NCBI GenBank assembly: GCA_043228905.1
Contig: JBHGNT010000443.1
Location: forward strand, 1 to 25,194
DNA length: 25,194 bases
Source of the DNA: Azolla caroliniana
Taxonomy: Eukaryota; Plantae; Polypodiophyta
Reading direction: 5' to 3'
Within the stretch, counting starts at the first letter, position 1; the number at the start of each line of letters is the position of its first letter. The notes under the pieces are model-generated. The model made no database searches. It saw only the letters and a program-made list of their open reading frames with translations, and had not been told where the DNA came from. The position numbers were made by a program, and so were the translations under genes. Positions 10,925 through 21,934 of the stretch are shown here, one piece after another.

Positions 10925-13698
10925 TTACATTAGCTTAGCTAGAAGGGCATTTGTTTCTTCATGGTGTTTCTTGCATAACCAAGAAACTCGATTACCCCTA
11001 TCCATTCTGGCACGCCAAAGATAAAACTTCTCAGCTATGTTTTGGTCTGTCGAACCTCCATTCTCCTCTAATATGAATGCCAAGCATTTTTGCCATTCTT
11101 TGAAAGACTCTAGTGTACTTGGACCTACATGAGATATTTTCAATGAGGTAGATCTATCAAATTTGGATTTAACAATACTTGACATCATAGGGTGCTCTTT
11201 CGCGAGTTTGAGGTTGGAAGTCCAATCGAGTATGAAAGAGCTAGCAAGTGGAGCTATAGAGTTAATACCAAATCTAATAGCTGTAGTCAAAACTGAAAAG
11301 AAAATATTAATATATGGAAGAGCTTTGTGTAGACGTTCTCGATGAGGCTCTGGCTAAGAGGTGACGATGATTCCAGGTTGGTTTTCCACTGGGTGTGGCA
11401 ATGTTGCATGCTCACAATACAAATGGATTTGCACTGATAATGCTCCAAAGAGTGAAGTCACCAACCTTCCTACATTCTTGTTATGACTTTTGGTTGTAAG
11501 GATGACAACGCATGGGAGTTGCTTCTCGACCTCGTTATCCATAGCCAACGTCAATAGATTACCTATGGATTTTTCAACCTTGGCCATAACATCTTTCCTC
11601 ATACATTCAAGTTCATGATGAATTACATCCATCTTCTCTAAGACCTCTTTATGCTTGGCATCTATCTCACCAATAACTATTGAGATTGCCTTTGCTATGA
11701 CCTTGATATTTCTCACCTCAACATTTGTTGCCTCCTCCAATGTTTGATGATTTAGATGTCGCAACAAGCTATTTTCCAAGCTTGTGGTGGTCATATTTTC
11801 TTGTCTTTGTTGTTCCCTAGCTAAGTTGAATTCATCATTGTTGGAGTACAATAATGGATTTTTTACCTCTTGCTTGAGCCATGCTTTACTTGATGTGAGA
11901 GCTTCCTCATAATACTCAAAACCAAGGAGATCAATGAAATCATTTTTCAGATGACCATGCATTTTTTTTAAAGTCCGTTTCCAATTGTATGATCTCCATT
12001 CTAGATGTCCTCGTTCAAGTTTTTTTCTGAGTTGTTCCTTCAAATAAGTTATTTCCACACATTGATCTTCTCTATCTTGTGCCCGTGATGGATAACGTAA
12101 GCAGTCAGGCCGGATGACGCTCTCGATTAGCTTAACCCCTTGGATGCCAGTGGGTTCTGCACATATCGTAATCAAGGTGTTGATGACATGCTTTTCCACA
12201 TAAGCTAAGGTTGTTGGCGTATGACGTGGTTGTTGAGTATTAGTTGGAAGATTAGCCCGAACCAGCACATCTATCACATGCTCTACGTTTGCTTTGCAAA
12301 ACAAAATGATTATCTCCTTATCAGGAAAACAAATGTGTATGAAATCCTTGCCCACCTTGATGTCAACACTATCTTCCTCGACTGATTGGAAGGCATTGTT
12401 AAATAACACATGAATTCTTGGAAACAATCCTGGTGTAAGAAAGGTAAGATTTTGGTCTTCACACTGTAACCTTCTGCCCATGTACACAAAAGTACCATCA
12501 TCACCATCTACATTACTTGTGCACGTTGATGAACTCCATTGGAGTTGCTCCAGACTTGACCCATCTATCAATAAGCCTGGGATAAAGATATGATCCACAT
12601 TGCTACCGGGGACACCATGGTTACTAGTGACTTTGCAGCATAGGTGCATTGCTTCCATCAAGTCCACGAGTAATGAGCCCTTCCGGCAACTGATTCCAAG
12701 CACTCCTCTAGGGAATCTCTAGGGGTGCATCCATTGGTAAATACAATGGTACTCTTGGACGCTTTAGAGTTTGAGAAATCAATGAGACTTCCCATAACCT
12801 CATTGCAGAACCAATTGGGATTGAGAACGATGTGTCTGATTCCATTTATGTATATGATGTTACCGGACTCATTCAAGCATTGGGCGATTGCCTCCAATTT
12901 AACTTTCTCCCTGGAAAATTGGATGGGGCAAATTTCGCTAAACTTCTTCCATGTGATGATTCCTTCACTTGAGTTCTTCAAATGCTTGGACAACCGTTTG
13001 CTTACCTGTGTGCAGATGTTGTACACCTGAATACCTTGGAGCATGTCTTTGGCGTTGTAGAAGATATGCTCTGCTACAACTCTGACGGAATCCTTTTTTC
13101 TCGCATCCACGTGGCAAACAGGGTTCAGGATGTCAATCACCGCTTTGAAATCTGATCGAAGTGAATCAATCAGAGGTGAGAACGCACTTGCGAGAGACGC
13201 CATTTGGTCTGATCGTGTGAATACCACCATCATTCTGAGAGCAATGTTCGATTGACGGCTTTTGGAGGCAAGGAACCTGAGCCAGTACCTGAAGCTCGCT
13301 TCGAAGTTCGTCTCATTTTTCAGTGCTCCTTTCCTGCTATTGTCGCTGTCAATGGGACTCCAAACAAACAAGAACATGGATGGGAGCTGATAAGAGCTGG
13401 TTCCTACGTCCGGGAACATGCAATCGTGGAATGCGTGGAACTCTGATTGGCCTGCCATGTCCCACAATGACACTCTAATCCCCTCTCTTCCGATGGCTCC
13501 CACCTCAATTCCTCGTGTCCGACCCTGTTTTGCAAACAGGGCCCTCATAAACTTATCTCTAGGTCGTGTGCTATACATGGAACTCATGGTGGATGCAAGG
13601 GTAGTCTTTCCTGCACCAATCAAATAAGCAAATTATGCACTAGTGTTAGTATTTTTATCTGCCTCATGAATCGTCTATCTAGCGTGATGATTTCAAAA

Positions 13699-13788
<90 letters not shown>

Positions 13789-14429
13789 TGGTTTGCCTAC
13801 CTGCGAATGGATCTCCGCAGATGAACAATCTCATGGAAGTCGCAGGCACTCGCGTCGAATCCAATCCCAACATGAAATTGCGTTGGTTCCTCTGCAGCTG
13901 GGCTTCAATGGCAGGATTCATCTTATAAGGATGCTGAAAGAATGGCAGGCCGGAGCGAGAAAGTGCATCCACTACCACAGCAGTAGCAGATCGGCTTAAA
14001 GAAGTATTGCGATTCAATGAGTAGATTGAATCTATGGCAAGGCTGTATAATCTAGGAGGCGATGCAGGGGGTACTGCCAGCTGTCTCCGCCTCTTTCTGT
14101 GGCGGTGCTAGGTGCTCCATGAAATCTATTAGCTCCGCCTCTGTTATATCAACACCTTCTAAAGCGAGCTCTTTGAGGTGCGGCCAGTGGCGCAGGAAAC
14201 ATGTGCTCTTTTTCCATATGTACTGAATGTGGTCTTCGTTAAGGATCTGGTGTTATGGAAGTAGCTGGTATGGAGGAGGAAGAGGTTCTCAACCTCATGA
14301 GAGAGTTGGCAATGGTGATTTGAACTTGAGGTTGAGTAGAGCTCCTCTCGATTTCTTGCACGCTTCTCTGACCTCATTAGAATCCCAAACCCTGACGATG
14401 TATTTGTGAGGCCGTGGGAGCTTCTCCAT
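10925..14429 (-). pseudogene. TRN1-like LRR-Roc-COR pseudogene (copy 2, type B C-terminus)
   Basis: The ATG at 14429 gives MEKLPRPHKYIVRVWDSNEVREACKKSRGALLNL, then an early stop/frameshift and a large LRR deletion. A GT-AG intron lies at 13800..13611. The Roc-COR ORF 12658..13623 frameshifts through a ~10-nt deletion near 12680 into 11354..12703. An in-frame TAG at 11354-11356 sits where copy 1 has Trp. The tail ends VSWLCKKHHEETNALLAKLM*. Confidence 0.88.
13703..13784. repeat. Compound (AG)25(TG)16 microsatellite within the intron of copy 2
   Basis: Read directly. Copy 1 has only a short gagagagag at the matching intron position. Confidence 0.95.
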
Positions 14430-14624
14430 GTGGCTGGACTGAATTACCAAAAGAAGTAAGAGTTAGGTGAAGTTTAAGTCTATATTTTTGTGTCTGCATT
14501 TCTCTGTAGCTCAAAAGGAATCGGTAAAGGCTCGGCTCAATGAGTTTGGTTTCCTTTTCTTGTACTCTGCCATAACTTAAGTTCATCCAATGTATAGGTA
14601 GGTGTATATGTATTGCGCGCAATC

Positions 14625-16580
14625 CCCATGGATGTAGTAGGACTTAATTTTATAGATGTAGTTTACAAGGGGAAGATTTGTGATCGTCTCACTTTATGTT
14701 TTGTAGGTTGTTCAACATATTAAGAAGTTAATGATGCAACATATGTTGGTTGATATTTCTCATCGAGTCGATGTTTTACATAAACTTTTCGGATCTTCTA
14801 AGACAATGTTTTTGCATTGCTCTAGACGAAGAGTAATTAAAGTTTCTCTGTAATATCCATCTACTTGTGGTATCATTCATTGTGTGGTAGGGATATGTTT
14901 TGTTTCATACCGTATCATGTGGTGGTGTGAATATGATATCTGGTGGTGCTTGGTATCAATGTTTTAACATGGGATGTGTTTTCGTTATTTCGTTGCTGTT
15001 TATGTGGTAACACTGAATGGTTGGTGATATTATATGGTGTCGATATTGCACTTGGTGATATTATGTGGTGCTAATATCAGCCTTGTTGTGGTATATGTAG
15101 TTCAACATTAAGAAGATGATACAAAACACATCCCAGCTACTTCTTGTTTTCTCCATTCCCTTGGCTTTTTTGGCATTTCTCATCAACTTGGTTAATCTGA
15201 GAAAAATCAATGCAAATTAACATCCACTTTTTGGACCATTCAAAAAGTTGATTTCTTAATGCAATAAAGTGTAGGGAAGAGTGGTTACTATCGATACTTC
15301 ATTAGAGTGTTTATTGAAACGCTGTGGAAAGTATATTTGAATGGTTCAATAAAGAAAACAAATTTATTACAAGTGAGAAAAAGAAGAATTTCATTGATTG
15401 ATAGAGTTACTTTTAGCACCGCCATCTTTTGTCAGTGTTGGGTTATTATGCCAAAAGTCTTGGATTATTATTCATTTTTTCAATTCATGACCATTTGATT
15501 TACCTCTAAGGAAATTTGGATAAGATTTTGGCCATCTAGTGGACCATGTATGAGAAAAGGATTGTGCATGTATGTAGAGGATAGAAATGTAGAAATGAAA
15601 GAGGTTTTTGTATCTGTAAAACTAGGTCCAATATAAACCTATATGGTTGTATAATGCCTCAGTACCAAAATTTTGCCTTTATACGAAAACATAACGTATA
15701 TAAGTTGAGGAATGAATGTACAAGTTAAGGGTCATTTTTGGCTTTATACCAAAATTTGCCCTAAGGGCTTAAAATGACCAACCCTATGTATTCAACCAAG
15801 ATTAGTGATCATTGTTCCTTTCTTTTACAACTCCACATTTACAGTAGTGTGCAATAAAGTTCCCAATGGGTAGCAAGGAGAGCCTTTCGTTGATTCATTT
15901 GTGAAATTTTTCTCACTAAAATTAAACAAAAACAGGAAGGAATTCATCGATTTTAAATGATATTATTTAACCAAACACGGGAAGAAAGGATATGGTTTAA
16001 GGTCAGTAATTGACCCTAAAAGAAAAATTAAGACTGATTATGTGTAGCCTCGGTAGTTCAGATAAATTGGTTGAAAATAAATAAATACAGGAGGAAAACA
16101 GAACTCGCCTTATTGAAGAAGCAGAAATAGAAGAGGAGGAAGAAGAAACAGGAGGACAATTCATGTGAAGTCTTGAGGTGTTGGAATAGAAAATAATAAA
16201 ATAATAAAAACAAACAAATAATAATATATATATATATATATGGTGTCTCATCTAAGAGACACATGAAGAGGCATTGTGGCTCATCGGAAAGATACTGACA
16301 TTGTTGGCAACTACTTGTTGCATCATTGTACACTTTGTTTCATTTGAATGGAATCTATACAAATCTGTTATATACTCTATTCCTATACTCCTACATGAGG
16401 CATTAGTACCCTGGTGTGTGCAATGTTGTTGGGACCTGAGCAGAGGTGAATGACAAAGAGGTCTCCATCCATGTAATGAAATAGAGATGAGAGGAGATGA
16501 TAGAAGGAGGAAGAAGAAGAAGAAGCCATGAAATGATAGCAGACACGAGTCCAGAGTTTAGCCAGAGTTTAGCCATGGCC
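14625..16580. repeat. Duplicated upstream block, copy 2 (longest version)
   Basis: Aligns by eye to 6345-7325 and 9661-10700. Confidence 0.8.
16403..16576 (-). other. Possible orphan first exon encoding a signal-peptide-like N-terminus
   Basis: MAKLWLNSGLVSAIISWLLLLLPPSIISSH...SFTSAQVPTTLHTPG is followed by GTACT, with TATATA about 75 nt upstream. A degenerate duplicate lies at ~10545-10695. No downstream exons were recognised. Confidence 0.25.
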
Positions 16581-17964
16581 ACAATGGACTTCCCTTGTGC
16601 AGCCCAAACAGCCATATAATCAGTCGCCCACCTCACCCTGAGTATACCACTATATACCCCCGTGTAGTTTCTTTTATCTCCCGATGCTCCTGCTCAACCT
16701 TGCGTTTTCTTTTTTTACCACGCATACCCCCTGTGTATTTTCTGTTATCTCTTCATGACCCTCCCTGCTTAACCCACCATGGACATGTCACGTACACACT
16801 CACGTCAGACGGTCACTTGCCACAAGGCACAAAGAGAGATGAGGAAGCAGGATGGTACATATTTACTAGGGATTTATGCGCAAGAAAGGAAAAAAGAAAC
16901 AAGAGCTCTTTATTGGGATTCCAGAACCAGAACTTGCTTGTTGAATGTCGAAATAAATACATTTGAGTTTCTTCAGTTGCCCAAAATCCAGTTCTAATCC
17001 ATGTAGATAGCGCATATATCTAAAAACTCAGACACATTTAGGTAAGGCATGGCTTTCCTGATGATAATGATTTTCTTTTTACACCTACACCGAGTAGTTC
17101 ATTAGCTAAACCCACATGCGGTAATGCTGTAGTTACATCCAGATAAGATTGGATTGGATTTGAGTGAACCCTTCAAATCCAACTATACATATGCAAATCT
17201 TAGACCTCTTATATGTGTTCTTTTACTCTTGTGGATTGTGGATACCATCTCAATTTTGTGGATTAAATTTGTATGTTGTCTAATTGTGTCTTTGACTGTT
17301 GTATTACTATGGATGGTGGTGTATGTCTTTCAATATTAAGAGATTAAGTCACATTTCGTTGCCCTGACTCCAACAAGGATTCTTTACACACACTCAAACT
17401 TGCCATCCTATGTGTACTTGTGTCATTTTGTCCACATTTGAGATAAATAAATAGTTTCCCAAAATTTATTGTCAATATTTCCCAAACTTTTTCGTGGCTA
17501 GAGAAGGGCTTCAACTTGTGGAGGTTGTGGTCAAGGTAATGTAGTCGAGGTTGTGGATCCTTCAACTTGTGTAATCACTCAAATAACACATATAATTGCT
17601 CAAGTGGGGTTAGCAAGAGGCATTTGGGAAAATTAACAGAAACTAGAATGCACAGCATTTCAAAGGTTTTACCCCTTAATGTTATAGTTGTCATCGAGCA
17701 TGCATTTATTTTTGAAGGGTCCTGGCCTCACCATCATCAAACTCTAGCCTTGGGACACTGACTTCCAGCATCAGCATGCAATGTAAGCTTTCTGTCATGG
17801 CCCCATTCATGAATGAATTCTTCTTTTTTAAACTACTCAAAAAAGCAACCGTCCATTCCCTCTTTAGAGTCCATTCGCTCTCAATTCCCCATGGCATTGC
17901 CATGTCTGAATGAGCATGCCAAGAAGCATCAAAGTTAGCCATGAATTTTCATCTGATTCGTGAA

Positions 17965-18630
17965 TACCAAGACCCTGTTTTCTATAGGATTCATGGATAC
18001 ACATTAGGGCATGAGAACATGGCTGGAAAAAGGTTATGGAACATTTCATATACTGTTTATTGCATTTTGGTTTTAGGATTGGGGAGTAAAATAAACTCCG
18101 AACAGCCATGATGCATTTCTCAATACAATGAAAACCCTAAACGCCTAGTCTTTCCTGTAAGGATGCACATGTAATCCAAACCCTGTTTCCAATAGGTCAA
18201 ATCATAATGCTTAACTCTACTTTATGGAGGATGCATGGATAAACATTAGAGCATGAGAACATAGCCAGGAAAAAGGTATGAAGAATCATATTTACTTTAG
18301 ATTGCATTGTGGTTTAGGATTCCTGAGTACATTTTATGAAGGATGCAAGGATCCCTAAACTTTGTTTTACAAAGTTCAAAAGTGCCTAAACCATGTGTAC
18401 CACAATATTCAAAACCTTATTTTCCATAAGATTCATGAACATTCCTGATGCATGTTTTTTCACAACGAAAACTCTTAACCCATGGTCTCTTTTGTGAAAG
18501 ATGTGTAAATAAGCCATACCCTGCTTTCTATAAGACACACATGAGTCCCTTGTTTTCCATAGCACTCATGAATGCAAATGAGAACATAAATCAAGAAAAG
18601 CATCAGAATTAGTCTTCATAGGATTCATGA
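17965..18630. repeat. Degenerate AT-rich internal repeats
   Basis: catggata.acattag.gcatgagaacat.gc.gg.aaaaaggt occurs at ~17992 and ~18234. The motif accct.ttt.cataggattcatg recurs in variant forms at ~17972, 18180, 18415, 18520, 18548 and 18615. Confidence 0.55.
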
Positions 18631-19053
18631 TTAACAAATACGACAGAGTCACGCAGCATTGAAGACATCATCCAAAACAAGTATGATATATGTGTCACTA
18701 AATACTTCAAACCAGCTCAGAGAGACGATGAACGAAAACTAACTAATAGTTGTTGGACACTATGCCTTATTGGCTGAGAAAATTCATATTATTGAGAGCT
18801 GAAAATGGTCATAGATGGCTCATCTGAATGGACCTCACCACAGTAATGGTATGTATAAACTCATTCATTTCTTTTATAACCTTCTTCAACGTTTGCCTAA
18901 AGAGAAGTAGTTTTGTATTCTTTTCCTAAAGATCGAATAACTTAGAGCCTGCTTTGATGAAATATAACCAAAGTTTTGTTGCCCATGAAAACTACCCAAG
19001 TAGGAACCAATTCACAAAAACACTAATTCCGTTGAAACAACCCAAAAAGATAG

Positions 19054-20209
19054 TGTGGTGTGCATGTGTTCCTTTGTGCCACCCTTTTAGCTCACCCTTT
19101 TTAGATGCACGTACCTAAGTTGACCCACCCTTTTAGCACACCCTTTTTAGGATGTGTGTGCCCAAAATGACCCACCCTTTTAGCACACCCTTTTTAGCCA
19201 GGCCAACCCAAATGGGTTTCGTTGTATCAACTATAAATTGATTAAGAAGTAAGAAGCTAAGGAGACTGGTTTTGATCTCTTATGTGCATTTCACATATTG
19301 GTGGAGATGACAGGGTACTAGTCCCCCACATCCAAGCATCCGCCTCTTCCGCTTCGTAGGTAGCATCGCCCTCACCACCATCACCGACACTCTTGTTAGT
19401 CTCTTGTAGTAGTATCTCTTCTATTAGCACCGCCTTAGTTCACTAGTTAGGCCTCCCGATATCCACCGCTTCATCATCAACATCGCTTCATTGTCTCTAT
19501 TTTTTAGTTTCTTTCGTGTTCGTGTTCGTGTTCTAGTTCCTGGTGAGGGTCGCATGGTCGCTCACGCTCGTTCGTGTTCGAGTTCTCGATGAGGGCCGCA
19601 CATGGCCGCTCACTCCCGTTCGTGTTCCTATTCCCAGTGAGGGCCGCATGGTCGTTCACTCCCGTTTGTGTTCCAGTCTCCGGTGAGGACCGCACATGGC
19701 CGCTCACTCCAATTATTGTTCGTGTTCCAGATCCCAGTGAGGACCGACATGGTCGCTCATGCCCGTTTTTGTTCATGTTCCAGTTTCCGGTGAGGGCCAC
19801 ATGGTCACTCACTCGTTCGTGTTCCAATTCTCGATGAGGACAACATGGTTGCTCACGCCCGTTGGTGTTCGTGTTCCAACTCTCAGCAAGGACCATTCTA
19901 GTTCCCGGCAAGGACCACACATGGTCACTCATGCCCCTCAATCTCTTGTTTCTCGCAGGGGGGAAATGTGGTGTGCATGTGTTCCTTTGTGCCACCCTTT
20001 TAGCTCACCCTTTTTAGATGCACGTACCCAAGTTGACCCACCCTTTTAGCACACCCTTTTTAGGATGCGTGTGCCCAAAATGACCCACCCTTTTAGCACA
20101 CCCTTTTTAGCTAGGCCAACCCAAATGGGTTTCGTTGTATCAACTATAAATTGATTAAGAAGTAAGAAGCTAAGGAGACTTGGTTTTGATCTCTTATGTG
20201 CATTTCACA
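19054..20209 (+). mobile_element. Complete non-autonomous LTR element (TRIM-like), 1156 bp
   Basis: LTRs at 19054-19295 and 19967-20209 (TG...CA) differ by 3 C/T substitutions and 1 indel by eye. PBS TGGTGGAGATG at 19299, PPT AGGGGGGAAA at 19957-19966, and a 4-bp TSD ATAG (19050-19053 and 20210-20213). No gag/pol. Confidence 0.9.
19543..19936. repeat. Minisatellite of ~8-9 units of 44-54 nt inside the TRIM-like element
   Basis: Consensus is approximately GTGAGGRCCGCACATGGYCGCTCACNCCCGTTCGTGTTCCAGTTCYCG. Each unit begins with an imperfect palindrome GTGAG-GGCC...GGCC-G-CTCAC. Confidence 0.9.
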
Positions 20210-21898
20210 ATAGTTTAGTCAATTACCTATGAAAAAGAAGATTACTTAGAAATCATAGACCGAGCATTTCAAAGTTACTTACTCTACCAAGTTTTTGGCA
20301 ATTGCATTGGTTAAAGGTGTTAGTAACCAATGTTACGCTTCTATCAGATCAGAAAGCATAATGATGGTTGACAATGTCGATACCAATAATCTCAAGATTA
20401 TGGTGAGATTACACAAAATTCCCCAAACTCATCACCAGTAATACAAAAATCACTGCATTTCAATCTGCCCATAGCCAAATAAATATTTCAGATAATCTCG
20501 TAAGAAAAGTTTTCCAGAATTTAATGTGCACAAATTTACCTGGAATTTTGGCCTTGAGCTTTCATACCCAACAAAAACATACAACATTAGTTTTTTAACT
20601 ATATTGCTGCGAAATAAGAAAATACCAATTCCATCGATGTAAGAATACCAGTGCACAATTATTTCCATATTCACTCATGATTCCATGTGATGCTCACTTA
20701 TAATTTTGAAATGAGTCTTAAAAAATAAATCCAAATTCACAAAGGTCATAAGCTAAATCTTCATTGCATCAAATTAAGTTAATCTTCATTGCACTACTGC
20801 AAAATCATTTCACTTCTAGATTTACAAAATGGAACGCTCACTAACAAAATGGGTTGCCAAGTTCATATCCTGAAATTTAAGATCTAAATCTTTAATCCTA
20901 TCTCTCATGTTTAGCATGTATATCTCCACAGCCACTAGTCAGAAAACTGGCATAAAAATCATATCACCACTATATTTTGGATGGCATCCAAAATCAGCAT
21001 GTCTGCCACATTCAGTGAAAAAGTCAAACTACTTCCCACTCTCGAGACGTCGCATAATATGTGACAAGTGAAACAGGGATGGGAAGTAGAGGATAGAAAG
21101 GATTACGCTTCAATGCACCATATAGAACTTTTACAGCGCAACATGGAATCCATTTCTTTTTCCATTTCTTTTTAATGTTTCCACATGAGCACGTTTCTGA
21201 GGAGGTTTGGATAAAGTCGTTTCAGGATGCATTTTCTGTGTTGCTTCATCGTAATTAGGAGGTGGGGGTTGGTAGAGATGAGCTTGCTTGAATCCTCGCC
21301 ACAACTTTAGGGCTCCCTAAATGGTAGATGCTATTGCTCTAATACTTCACTGAAAGAGAGAAAGAAAGATGTTACGACTGAGAAGAATGAAGAAATGTAC
21401 GTCACTGAAAGAAAAGATAATAATTCAAATCGATTCTCGAACTAAACCTTCAAATCATGACATCAGGGAATCATTCCTTTGCTCTCATTTAGCTTTGCTG
21501 CGTGTCCTGTTAGCATTACCATGTACTTAGTTACCACTCTAGGTTTTGTTGATTTTGAAAGGAGTAAGTATTAACACAGAGATATAGAAACCAACCATAC
21601 GATGATTAACACTGATGCATGCACAACACAATGTTAAGTACACATTGAATGCTAGAAGATGGTTTAACATTCATACTAGAAAGTCAACAAGAAACATTAC
21701 TAAACTAAGAAAAGGAACATCTCATGTTCCATAACCATGTTTTGAAACTACAAAAATAAGCTTGATTGTTCTCTATTAAAAAACAAGACAATTATCTTTA
21801 GTAGCAAAAACCCAAATAGGTGTAGTCAAAGAATATATGGAAGTTTACAATAAATTTTGGATTCTGAGTTTTCAAACCAATGAGAGAATGTCACTATT

Positions 21899-21920
21899 CA
21901 CACACACACACACACACACA
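21899..21920. repeat. (CA)11 microsatellite just 3' of the copy 3 stop codon
   Basis: Read directly from the sequence. Confidence 0.9.
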
Positions 21921-21934
21921 AAGTACTTAAGAGT

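Noticed and set aside
10925-13623. Programmed frameshift or stop readthrough restoring copy 2
   Set aside because: The shift coincides with a ~10-nt deletion relative to copy 1, there is no slippery heptamer, and exon 1 is independently broken. Pseudogene decay is the simpler explanation.
13700-14017. 105-aa ORF ending THTHTH...LSLSLS
   Set aside because: It is the end of exon 1 of copy 2 read through into the intronic microsatellite.
19543-19936. CRISPR array (palindromic repeats at regular spacing)
   Set aside because: The linkers resemble each other rather than being unique spacers, the repeats are degenerate, there are no cas genes, and the array lies between two LTRs in eukaryotic DNA.
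19504-20049. ORFs of 163, 87 and 96 aa
   Set aside because: They are open frames produced by the GC-richer minisatellite, with repetitive translation and no gag/pol motifs.
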